Shown here: piece after piece, positions 39,034 through 51,500 of the stretch
How the letters are laid out: every line of letters begins with the position of its first letter
Position numbering within the stretch: the stretch's first letter is position 1
Origin: Paraspadella gotoi
Lineage: Eukaryota; Animalia; Chaetognatha
Length of the DNA stretch: 64,000 nt
Assembly (NCBI GenBank): GCA_051294375.1
Contig: CM119271.1
Coordinates: forward strand, 12,701,039-12,765,038
Reading direction: 5' to 3'
Program-made: the position numbers and the translations under genes
Notes under the pieces: generated by a model
What the model was told of the DNA's origin: nothing
Database searches by the model: none
Seen by the model: the letters and a program-made list of their open reading frames with translations, nothing else

Positions 39034-40409
39034 TCATTTGAGGACGAAAGAATAAATAGCCAATCTACTCGTGTCGATGCAATGAGTGATCATAAAAAAT
39101 TGGAAATCGTGAAGAATCACGCGAACGGGGCCTTCCGACTTCTCCATCTCTTTGATTCGAAACTGTTTCAAGTTTTCTCCCGTCTGAACTTCGCAGAGGT
39201 CCGTGAATTGATAATCGGGGTGAGTGAGGATCCAATCGGAAATTCCCTCACTTTGTCTGTAAAATGGTTACGTTGAGATCAAACTCTTCGTATCGACTAT
39301 GGAACACGGATATTCCGTTGGTTCATTTATCGATTTAAATATATACAACTCACCCAATCTTTTCCTGCATCATGAAAAAAGGATTGTTCACGACGGGATT
39401 CCATTCCACGGACCGCGCGGACTCGTCTTCTCCATCTAGAACGGCGAAAGCGACCCCTTCGTTCCCGTCGCCGTACAAATAGGGCCACTTGAGGTTCGCC
39501 GTCTCTATTCCAGATCGTTTCCAGGTCAACCTCCTCCTCATCCTCCCCTCGCCCAAATCCCAAACGACGAGATCCCGATTTTCCAGGACGTAGAGAGATC
39601 GACCGACGATTTGAAAGCCTTGAGTCGCCCAGTTCTTTTTGTAGGCGAATCGGAGAGATGGAAAGTGAAAGACGAAGATTTGATGAGTATCGCGGACGAC
39701 GGCGAAAGAGTCGGAAACGACGAGACCGCCTTTGAGTATTCCGTGGTGACCGTGGATGGGCGTTTCGGTGACGGGCGGCGATCCTTCGCCGCCGAAATCC
39801 ACGTCTCGATAACAAATCCTCATGCAGCCGGCGATGGCGTCCTTCTGTTGGCTGAGCCAAACGAAACGACGACGACGAACGGAAAAGAACGGGCCCCAGA
39901 TCCACTGAAACTCTTTGGGCTGCGAAAGCGATCCATCCTTGGTAGGGTAGATCTTCACGGCGGATTTAGCGCGAGTGAGAAAATAAGAAAGGGCGACGTC
40001 GCAGGTGACGGCGTCGAACTTAAAAACGCATCTACGCTCTCCGGGTCGCGGTCCAAATCCAGCACGACCTTTTTTTCCTCCCATTCTCCGCGTTCCACTC
40101 TGGACGTGAGATCGTTCACGATCGCGAAGAGATTTTCCGCGTCTTCGCGGAAACGCAACTTTTCCGGGAAAGGCGCTGCGCCGTGTCGACGGAGGCGGGA
40201 ATGCTGGCTGTCTCAACCGGGCGTAGTCGCGTTGGGTTTTTAACGGAAACTCCAAGGATCGGGAAAAGTGGGCGGGGATTTCCGATCCCCGCGGCCTCTT
40301 TTAAAAGTTCCAGCGACGACGGGGAAAGGAGGAAAAATATTTTTTCTAAGATTTCCGGCGGCAATTCGTGCAAAGTCAGTGAACGAGTCGCGGATTGACT
40401 TTTCGACAT
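39034..40409 (-). CDS. F-box protein paralog E (exons 40409-39354, ~39256-39034); frameshifts at ~40000-40290, probably sequencing errors
   Basis: MSKSQSATRSLTLHELPPEILEKIFFLLSPSSL; LYVLENRDLVVWDL, LKWPYLY; phase-2 last intron shared with paralogs. Confidence 0.8.
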
Positions 40410-40523
40410 CTATAAAAAAATTAATTAATAAAAAAAAAAAAAATATAATAATAATACAGAAGAAAAGCAAATGGTAATTAAAAAAGGGGCCATGGGAGGG
40501 AACGGATCGAGGAAAATAAGAGG

Positions 40524-42215
40524 TCATCTAATGCAACTGTAACGAGAAAACTCGTTGGTGGTGAAACTGCCACGGGAGAGGGCCGACATGCCCATGGGCC
40601 CAGTTTCCACCGGAGCGAAAATCTTAATCTGTCGCATGTGAGTGTCTCTTCCGTTTTGATGGTTGGAGAGAACCGCGATTTGCACCATGAATGTCCTGGG
40701 AAGAAAACAGGACCTGTATCACGCAATGATTGTATTCAACAGTCATAATTTTTTTTTTTCAAAATCTGAATACAGTTCATCGATATTCGTTGAGAAAAGA
40801 CGTCGGCGTTAACAATTCACAATTCGGTAAATTTAAAAGCGTTTCGACCATTCATCATTCATAGAAAGACGTTGTTATGATTAATATTAAGATCCATCGT
40901 TCCGCCCATCGCCGTCGAAACCTGAGAGGCCGAGAGAGTCGAGCGTTGGGTCCGTTGGGTCCGTTGTGCTCAAGTGCGGACTGCAATGGGATGAAAGTCC
41001 ATCCAGTTGGTTCTTGAAGATCGACCGACTCGATCTCTTGCAGATCGTTGAAATGATTTCCTGCCGTGGAAAAATAAAAAAAAAGAATCAAGGAATGTCC
41101 ATTGTCCAATGGAAAGACGTTGATTGGATGAAATCACGCGGCCAATCACCGGCTCGAATGGAGATCCTGCTCGGCGTGTAGGATTCGTCTTGCTTGTAGT
41201 CGGCGAAGATGCAAACGTCTCGAACCTGAAGTCGAGGGAAAAAACAATGAACCCCATTGAAACAAAACCACTTTTGGCATCGACAACAACAACAACAACT
41301 GGGAAGATCGTATCGACCCCTTCGACCCTTTGCCTTCGACTACCCTTTACCTACTACCTAGAACCGATCTCGTTTCTCTGATTCGCTTTGTTGTATTCTC
41401 CGCGTTTTTCTATTGTTTTCTCTCTCCTTCTGCTATCGGCGTGTTTCTCGCTTTTTTAAAATGATTTGTAAATTGTTTTTTGTAAATAATTCGAGAAAGG
41501 TTCCAAGTCTATTGCCAATCAATCGACCCATAAAAAGACCAATCAACTCACCGCCGTCTTCTTTCTAAACTGTATGTTAACAAGATGAGGTTGAGGCCCG
41601 TCCGATTGCCAATAAGTATCCAATGAGTCGTCCCTCAATTGATCAACGCCGAAGCCTGAAGCGAGTCAGGAAACAAAAGATTGAGTTTTAAGTTGCTGCC
41701 GCCGCTGCTGCGGTCTGCCCCGCCGCCTCCTCCTCTCAAACTTACCCGGTTTGCATGAGCTCAAAGACCAGACGGCCTGATTCCCGACTTCCCTCACTTT
41801 TCCTTCCTTCTCCGCCTTTAAAGGATCCGAGTCGGTGGATGCAGCGGCGGCGTTGCGTTGAGAATCGTCTTGAGAGAAAAACGTCTGTAAAATAACTTAC
41901 CAATATCAAGCATTCAAATCACGATACTTACCATGAGCCCCGCTTCCGGCCGGACCGCTCTCCCCTCCCGCCACAGGCGACCGCTCGCCAGGCGTTCCGG
42001 CGTTGCTTCGCGGCGGCGGAGGCGGGGGCGGCGCCGTCTCGTTGGTGCTGCCCGGGGTGAAGGGTGGCGCCGGTGGCGGAGTTTCCCGCGCCGCCGTTGG
42101 GCAAGAATTGAGGCGAGGGATTGGCGGCGTTGTAGCCGCTTGAACCAGGGCCGGCAAGATGCGCGGGAATGTTGGCGGAATCGGGTTGGGGGGAGTCTCC
42201 GTTCTGTCGCTCCAT
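40524..42215 (-). CDS. ANAPC10: Anaphase-promoting complex subunit 10 (DOC1) with low-complexity N-terminal extension
   Basis: [89 protein letters not shown], ends with the IR* tail. Confidence 0.95.
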
Positions 42216-42910
42216 CGTTTAGCGGATTTTTTTTAGGGGGGTGTGGGAGGGAGTTGGAAGAGTTTGAAGGGGGGGCGCGTGGTGATTGGTTTCTTTTCCT
42301 TTTGAGTTTTTTTTTTTAAATTCATTCGTCGATCGAGAGAAAAATCTTAAAAAGTAGACGCGTGAAAAGAAAAAAAAAGAAGAAAAAAATTTGATAACAA
42401 GAAGAGGTCGGCGCGCGAGGGCCGCGAGTTATGTATGCATTGGGTCTACATATAAGTCAATAATCGATCAGTCTAGTTGTGTCATCTCTCTCTCTCTTTC
42501 TCTCTTCTCTCTCTCCGCGGAGCTCAATTTGGGGAGATAGAGAGAAAGAGACGCAATTCTGCAGAGAGATATCTCCCTTCAGTCACTAACGCACACACTC
42601 AAAAAAGAAAGAAAAGTCGGACCGCGTTGTAAAAAAAAAATATATTACCGCTAATAACTCGATCGATTGGAGACAAGAAAAAAAGAATCTATACCAAGTC
42701 CCCGTTATTCTAATTTAGTATCTAACAGTATTTTTATTTGTTTTTTTTTTTTTTTTGTTATTTTTTTATATAAATAGAAAACTAATCGTAGCAGGATTTT
42801 TAATTTTTTTGTTTTTTAAATTTTGCGAGGAAAAAAAAAAGGTTAGAGAGGTGGGAGGGGAAGGAAGGAGGGAGGAGAGAGAGAGAGAGGAGGAGAAGAG
42901 AGAGAGAGAG

Positions 42911-42946
<36 letters not shown>

Positions 42947-42954
42947 GAGACGTG

Positions 42955-44161
42955 TCATCGTTCTTCTAGGAACAAAGTTTCCTGAGGACAGAGATCGAGT
43001 TCCTTGAAAGTCTTTCTCAAATCGGAAGGATCGTTGCTGAGATCTCGTCTCGGCCAGGATGAGAGGATCTTGTACTCTTCGATCGGAAAACCTTTCGAAG
43101 CGATGAACTGGAAAGGAGGGAGAGCGAGAGGTTGGGAAGGTTAAGTGAGAACGAAACTGAGTCTGAAGGAGAGAGAGAGAAAGAGAGAGAGTTTGTGAAA
43201 GTAAGTGAAAACTGAGTCTGAGGAGACTCACCTGAAAAAGTTCGACGAGCGAAGCGGCCGCCAAAAATCTTAAAAAAAAAAAAAGATGAATATCCGTGAA
43301 CATTCTTCAACCCTTTCGACATCATTCCAAATTCTTTTAACAATCTTCAACATTCTTTAACAATTAACAATTAAGAATTAACGTCCTTGAGCCCCAAAGT
43401 AGTCACCGTCTTGGGAGGAACTCTCCGTCGGGTTTTTCGAATCCGAATTCTGGAGAATCGGCTCCGTCGTTGAATCGTCGGGTTCGTCGGGAGAATATCC
43501 TGTGGGGTTTGAAAAGAGGAGAAAGGGGGGGATGGAAGGGGGGAGGAGGGGGAATGGAAGGGGGAAGGAAGGGAGGGGGGAATGGAAGGGAGGGGATCGG
43601 AGGAATAATCAAGTAAGAAACGCGGATCAAAGAAAAAGACGGAAAAGTTAATAAAGAAAATGAGACGAAGAATAAACAAGAACGGAGATTCCGATGTGCC
43701 TTGCGACGGAGTGACTTTTTTTATCACGTGTATTTTCCGTGTATGTTCGACACGCACTGCAACAGAATAGGTGGCGCAAGGAGTCCCGCTTAGATTCGAG
43801 GTTCTTTTTCGTGTCAGCAAAAATAAGAAAAGAGCAACAAATTATGAGACCTTCTCCTTCCCCTTCCCCAAACCTGGATGATCTCTGGATGGCCGTCCTC
43901 AGCTCCTTCTCGTGCTCCTCCCTTTTCTTCTCGGCGATCCTCATCAGCTCCTCTCTTTCCTGCTCCTGTTTCCGCTCGATTCTCTTCCTCCTTTTTCTTC
44001 TCTTCTTTGGCGCGATCGATGGCGAGGGATTCCTATTGGGGGGGGGGGAATTTAATTAAATTAGCGATTATTTAATAAATTTAATGAATTCAATGAGTTT
44101 CATCATTTGAAACCCTGAAAAAAAGGCCGGGGGAAAATAGGATCCTCTTCTCTTGCTCCGT
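42955..44161 (-). other. FAF1: Duplicate of FAF1 3' exons (UBX domain); probable assembly artefact
   Basis: Near-identical to 47376-48550; ends at the 25-N gap 44162-44186. Confidence 0.8.
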
Positions 44162-44186
44162 NNNNNNNNNNNNNNNNNNNNNNNNN

Positions 44187-47100
44187 AACGAAACGACGAC
44201 GACGAACGAAAGAAGGAACAGGGTGCGCCGCTAATCGATCCACTTGAAACTCTTTGGGCTGCGAAAGTGATCCATCCTTTGTAGGGTTATCTTCACCGCG
44301 GATTTAGCGCGAGAGAAAATATAAGAAAGGGCGACGTGCAGGTGACGGCGTCGAACTTAAAAACGCATCTTGACGCTCTCCGGGTCGCGGTCCAATCCAG
44401 CACGACCTTTTTTCCTCCATTCTCTGCGCTTCCACTCTGGACGTGAGATCGTTCACGATCGCGAAGAGATTTTCCGCGTCTTCGCGGAAACGCAACTTTT
44501 CCGGGAAAAGGCGCTGCGCCGTGTCGACGGAGGCGGGGAATGCTGCGTCTCAACGCGGGCATAGTCGCGTTGGGTTTTTATGACAAACTCCAAGGATCGG
44601 AAAAGTGGGCGGATTTTCGATCCGCGCGGCCTCTTTTAAAAGTTCCAGCGACGACGGGGAAGGAGGAAAAATATTTTTTCTAAGATTTCCGCGGCGGCAA
44701 TTCGTGCAAAGTCAGTGAACGAGTCGCGGATTGACTTTTCGCCATTCTATAAAAAATTAATTAATAAAAAAAAAAAAAATAATAATATAATAAGGAGAGA
44801 AAAGCAAATGGTAATTAAAAAAGGGGCCATGGGAGGGAACGGATCGAGAAAATATAAGCAAGGGTCATCTAATGCAAAGGTTGGCAGTTGTCACCACCTA
44901 GATCGCCCTAGAAACTCGCGAGTTGGGAAACCTGCCATACGGTGTAGCACGGGACAGACATGCCGCATGGTTCGCACAGTTTTCTCAACCGGATTTAAAG
45001 TCTGAAAATCTTAAGCGTCGCGACAATGTGACACGATGTCTCTCCGTTTGATGGTTGAGAGAACCGCGATTGCACATGATGTCTGGGAAGAAACAGGATC
45101 TCTGTACTCACGCAATTGATTGCTATTCATACTCATGAATTATTTTTTATTTATCAAAATCTGTAATACAGTTCATCGATATTCGTTGAGAAAAGACGTC
45201 GGCTTAAATTAAATTCAAATTTAAGAATTATGATAACAAGCGTTTGTCGATACTCATGTCATTCACATTCATTAAGAAAGACGTTGTTATGATTAATTTA
45301 AGATCCATCGTTTCCGCCCATCGCCGTCGAAACCTGAGAGGCCGAGAGAGTCGAGCGTTGGGTCCGTTGGGTCCGTTGTGCTCAAGTGCGGACTGCAATG
45401 GGATGAAAGTCCATCCAGTTGGTTCTTGAAGATCGACCGACTCGATCTCTTGCAGATCGTTGAAATGATTTCCTGCCGTGGAAAAATAAAAAAAAGAATC
45501 AAGGAATGTCCATTGTCCAATGGAAAGACGTTGATTGGATGAAATGCACGCGGCCAATCACCGGCTCGAATGGAGATCCTGCTCGGCGTGTAGGATTCGT
45601 CTTGCTGTAGTCGGCGAAGATGCAAACGTCTCGAACCTGAAGTCGAGGGAAAAAACAATGAACCCCATTGAAACCAAAACCACTTTTGGCATCGACAAAA
45701 CAACAACAACTGGGAAGATCGTATCGACCCCTTCGACCCTTTTGCCTTCGACTACCTTTACCTACTACCTAGAACCGATCTCGTTTCTCTGATTCGCTTT
45801 GTTGTATTCTCCGCGTTTTTCTATTGTTTTCTCTCTCCTTCTGCTATCGGCGTGTTTCTCGCTTTTTTAAAATGATTTGTAAATTTTTTTTTGTAAATAA
45901 TTCGAAGAAAGGTTCCAAGTCTATTGCCAATCAATCGACCATAAAAAGATCAATCAACTCACCGCCGTCTTCTTTCTAAACTGTATGTTAAAAGATGAGG
46001 TTGAGGCCCGTCCGATTGCCAATAAGTATCACAATGAGTCGTCCCTCAATTGATCAACGCCGAAGCCTGAAGCGAGTCAGGAAACAAAAGAATTGAGTTT
46101 TAAGTTGCTGCCGCCGCTGCTGCGGTCTGCCCGCCGCCTCCTCCTCTCAAACTTACCCGGTTTGCATGAGCTCAAAGACCAGACGGCCTGAATTCCCGAC
46201 TTCCCTCCACTTTTCCTTCCTTCTCCGCCTTTAAAGGATCCGAGTCTGTGGATGCAGCGGCGCGGGCCGGCGCGTTGCGTGAGAATCGTCTTGAGAGAAA
46301 AACGTCTGTAAAATAACTTACAATATCAAGCATTCAAATCACGATACTTACCATGAGCCCGCTTCCGGCCGGACCGCTCTCCCCTCCGCCACAGGCGACC
46401 GCCTGCCAGGCGTTCCGGCGTTTGCTTCGCGGCGGCGGAGGCGGGGGCGGCGCCGTCTCGTTGGTGCTGCCCGGGGTGAGGGTGGCGCCGGTGGCGGAGT
46501 TTCCCGCGCCGCCGTTGGGCAAGAATTGAGGCGAGGGATTGGCGGCGTTGTAGCCGCTTGAACGCAAGGGCCGGCAAGATGGCGGGAATGTTGGCGGAAT
46601 CGGGTTGGGGGGAGTCTCCGTTCTGTCGCTCCATCGTTTAGCGGATTTTTTTTAGGGGGGTGGTGGGAGGGGAGTTGGAAGAGTTTGAAAGGGGGGGCGC
46701 GTGGTGATTGGTTTCCTTTTCCTTTTGAGTTTTTTTTTTTAAATTCATTCGTCGATCGAGAGAAAAATCTTTAAAAAGTAGACGCGTGAAAAGAAAAAAA
46801 AAAGAAGGAAAAAAATTTGATAACAAGAAGAGGTCGGGCGCGAGGGCCGCGAGTTATGTATGCATTGGGTCTACATATAAGTCAATAATCGATCAGTCTA
46901 GTTGGCATCTCTCTCTCTCTTTCTCTCTCTCTCTCCGCGGAGCTCATTTGGGGAGATAGAGAGAAAGAGACGCAATTCTGCCAGAGAGATATCTCCCTTC
47001 AGTCACTAACGCACACACTCAAAAAAGAAAGAAAAGTCGGACCGCGTTGTAAAAAAAAATATATTACCGCTAATAACTCGATCGATTGGAGACAAGAAAA

Positions 47101-47296
47101 AAAGAATCTATACCAAGTCCCCGTTATTCTAATTTAGTATCTAACAGTATTTATTTGTTTGTTTTTTTTTTTGTTATTTTTTTATATAAATAGAAACTAA
47201 TCGTAGGCAGGATTTTTAATTGTTTTTGTTTTTTAAATTTTGCGAGGAAAAAAAAAAAGGTTCTAGAGGGTGGGAGGGGAAGGAAGGAGGGAGGAG

Positions 47297-47371
<75 letters not shown>

Positions 47372-48550
47372 CGTGTCATCGTTCTTCTAGGAACAAAGTT
47401 TCCTGAGGACAGAGATCGAGTTCCTTGAAAGTCTTTCTCAAATCGGAAGGATCGTTGCTGAGATCTCGTCTCGGCCAGGATGAGAGGATCTTGTACTCTT
47501 CGATCGGAAAACCTTTCGAGGCGATGAACTGGAAAGGAGGGAGAGCGAGAGGTTGGGAAGGTTAAGTGAGAACGAAACTGAGTCTGAGGAGAGAGAGAGA
47601 AAGAGAGAGAGTTTGTGAAAGTAAGTGAAAACTGAGTCTGAGGAGACTCACCTGAAAAAGTTCGACGAGCGGAGCGGCCGCCAAAAATCTTAAAAAAAAA
47701 AAAAGATGAATATCCGTGAACATTCTTCAACACCTTTCGACATCATTCCAAATTCTTTTAACAATCTTCAACATTCTTTAACAATTAACAATTAAGAATT
47801 AACGTCCTTGAGCCCAAAAGTAGTCACCGTCTTGGGAGGAACTCTCCGTCGGGTTTTCGAATCCGAATTCTGGAGATCGGCTCCGTCGTTGAATCGTCGG
47901 GTTCGTCGGGGAGAATATCCTGTGGGGTTTGAAAAGAGGAGAAAGGGGGGGATGGAAGGGGGGAGGGAGGGGGAATGGAAGGGGGAAGGAAGGGAGGGGG
48001 GAATGGAAGGGAGGGGATCGGAGGAATAATCAAGTAAGAAACGCGGACAAAAGAAAAAGACGGAAAAGTTAATAAAAGAAAATGAGACGAAGAATAAACA
48101 AGAACGGAGATTCCGATGTGCCTTGCGACGGAGTGACTTTTTTTATCACGTGTATTTTCCGTGTATGTTCGACACGCACTGCAACAGAATAGGTGGCGCA
48201 AGGAGTCCCGCTTAGATTCGAGGTTCTTTTCGTGTCAGCAAAAATAAGAAAAGAGCAACAAAATTATGAGCCTTCTCCTTCCCCTTCCCCAAACCTGGAT
48301 CGATCTCTGGATGGCCGTCCTCAGCTCCTTCTCGTGCTCCTCTCTTTTCTTCTCGGCGATCCTCATCAGCTCCTCTCTTTCCTGCTCCTGTTTCGCTCGA
48401 TTCTCTTCCTCCTTTTTCTTCTCTTCTTTGGCGCGATCGATGGCGAGGGATTCCTATTGGGGGGGGGGGAAATTTAATTAATTAGCGATTATTTAATAAA
48501 TTAATGAATTCAATGTATCATTTTAAACCTGAAAAGCGATCTCTTGCTCG
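44187..48550. repeat. Second copy of ~39860-44161 (F-box E 5' part, ANAPC10 at 44865-46634, FAF1 3' end)
   Basis: Colinear near-identity; indel density rises toward the N gap. Confidence 0.9.
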
Positions 48551-51500
48551 TTTCTGACGCGTTCTCGCTCTTCTCGCTGGAGCTCCTCGTCCATTTCGAC
48601 CTGAACGAACAAAATAAGGATAAAAAACAATTGACCCCTCCTTATTTTAACTGTGACCCTGACCACCTTGATTCCCTCACTACCCCCGTAATTTAATTGT
48701 GACCCTGAGCACCTTCATTCCCTCACCACCCCCTTATTTTAACTGTGACCCTGACCACCTTCATTCCTCACCAACCCCTTATTTTAATTGTGACCCTGGC
48801 CACCTTCATTCCCTCACCACCCCCTTAATTTAATTGTGACCCTGACCACCTTCATTCCCTCACAACCCCCTTAATTTAATTGTGACCCTGACCACCTTCA
48901 TTCCTCACAACCCCTTAATTTAATTGTGACCCTGACCACCTTCATTCCTCATCACCCCCTTCTCCTTCCCCCTGGACCTCTGACCTGAATGGTTTGAGCA
49001 AAGACTTCGTGGGACGCGATGAGGTTCATCATGAGTTCGTCCAAGGTGCTGTTTCCTTGGATCACCGTCGATACCTTAATTTCCAGGGGGGGGGGGAGAA
49101 GAGATGTTCAGTTTCAGTTTTTGAAACGGAAAAAAATCGTTTAAATGATTTGTTTTATATGATTTGATTCAATTTTTAATTTTAACTTTGAATTCAATTT
49201 TAAATTCAATTTGAAATTCAATTTGGAATTTAATTTTGACTTGATTCAATTTGGATTATTAGATTAGTAGATTCGATAAGATTGAATGATTGAATGGGTG
49301 GTGGGGGATCGTGATCCCGACCTCATTGATTCCACGCTGCCGGGTGATGACGATGAGGAGCGGAAGATCGTCGTGACGATAATTACGAATCGTTGAGGCG
49401 GCGACACTGCCGAAGTGACGCGTCACCATCGTCAGCAGCTTCGCTCTGGACGTAATAAATAATTATTATCGGGATAATTAAACCCAACTATGAAGTAATA
49501 CCGATGTAAACGCGGCCTCACTTGTTCGCTTCGTGCGTCAAATCCCAGCCCAGGTCATAAATAATTGTTGGACAAAAAATTCACGACGGATTCTGGGAAA
49601 AAATTAGGGAATGAGAACAAAGTTCGTAACCGAAGATAAAATTAACGAACAAAGGAAGGATTTAACGATTCACCCAACGAACGCACGAACCTGCGCAGAG
49701 AATTCTCGCGCAAAAGACGTTGACGAGAACTGATCCGTCGTGATGGAGGTAGATGGCCAATGGCCGCCTCTCGCGAATCGGCGCTGAGAAGAAGAATCAA
49801 AGCGTAAGAAGAATAATACTTCAATTTCTAAAGCCACAATACTACTGTGAAATATTTAAATATCATTTGTAAAATTAAATCATCATTAAAAGGAAACGCA
49901 TAATAATAGTATAATAATAATAGTAATAATAAAAAAAACTTCCTAGAAACCCGAATAAAAAGTAGTGAGAAATAACGTATCCTCGGCGCCTCCCCTTAAA
50001 ACCCGCCCCCTGAAAAGCCCGTCCTCACCGGCGCAAGAATTCTTAACAGCCTCGTCGAGGGATCCGATGAAGAAGACGGGATGAACTTCGCCTCCGTAGC
50101 GAGAAATGAATTCCGCCGCAAAGTGCTCCGTCGCTTGAGTCTCCGATAACACGTCGCTGATTTGACAAAACAAACTAACCAACTAACGTAGCTAACAAAC
50201 TACGCTATTTATGTATTTATTGTTAAAATTTATGCTTTCAAACGCGAATGAAATGCAATGAGACTCCACATTTTTTTGCTTTACCAGCCATAAAATATAA
50301 TAAACTATAATAGATTCTGTGAGAGTGAAACATTTTCCTTATCTCCTACATTCCCGACTCACCCGTCGGGCATGAGCGGGTTGACTTTGTTGGAATGGAA
50401 GGTGCCGAAGTCTTCCTCCATGAAGGGCGGTTCGAGATCCATGTCCGAATCGTCGGAAAAGGCAGACTCCGAGGCGACTCTGTAATCGAGGGACACCGTT
50501 AGCTAATGAGTCCAATAATTAATTTATAAGTCTTACAGTTTAAAAATAATAAACCTATTAATAATAATCCTAAACTTCGAAGAAAACCAAATTCGTAATC
50601 TGTTCAGCCATAAAAATAATCTACATAAAAATCTACATTTACACTGCTACTATATGTAAATGAGATTAAGGAACTGAAAATCTTTTTATTATCACTCAAC
50701 AATACCTGTTCCCTCGCGTAGGCGACGCTGCCAGGTCCGAAGTGGAGGCGGCCCCCGATCCGGCAGCTGCGGCGCCTGCAGCCCCGGCGGATTCGTTGCT
50801 CGGATTTCGTTTTCTCGTCAGCGTCAATTCGTGGATCGGATGATGAATATTTCCGCCGGCCAGAGTCGTCGATACGTCCTCCAAGCATTCAGGCGGCCAA
50901 CCTTCAAGTAGTTCGTCAAAAAAAAAATATTTTTTTTTTCAAATTTAAAAAAAGAATTAATGAAGAGTCACGACCTTTCCAATGCTGATGACGGACGGGA
51001 ATGTTGGTGAGATCGAAGACGTCGCTCATGACTTCCCTCACCGTCTTCGATCCGGGCATCTGGAGCTTGACGGGGTTCTTGAAGGGGCTGGACTGAGAAG
51101 CCGGCTCGTCCACGTCCACGGTGATGTGGAGGGCGAAGGTGAGTTGGAGCCGGTCCAGCATTTCTGAGAAATTGGGGGGGGGGAACGGAAAGTCGGGATT
51201 ATGGATCGCCGTGATAGCGGTGAGCACCAAAAAAAAGAAACTTACCTATTTGGTCGGGTTCCTCGTTGGGAGCGGCCTCACCCCAATCGTTGGCCGAACT
51301 CACCTCCGGAGTCAAAAGAAACAATCGGTTTTCCTTTGGCAAATGAAGATCGCGGAGAATCGTCCTTTTCAAAATTAATTAAACTAGTTTCAAAAAATAG
51401 TATAATTTATCAACAATAATGCACTCGCTATGTTATTATCCTGTCTGTAAATCAGCAAGACTAAGAGGTGTGGAAGCATTAACCCACGATAGCTTATTTA

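Noticed and set aside
39860-48550. Duplicated ANAPC10, FAF1 3' end and F-box E
   Set aside because: The copies flank a 25-N gap and degrade toward it; false duplication is most likely.
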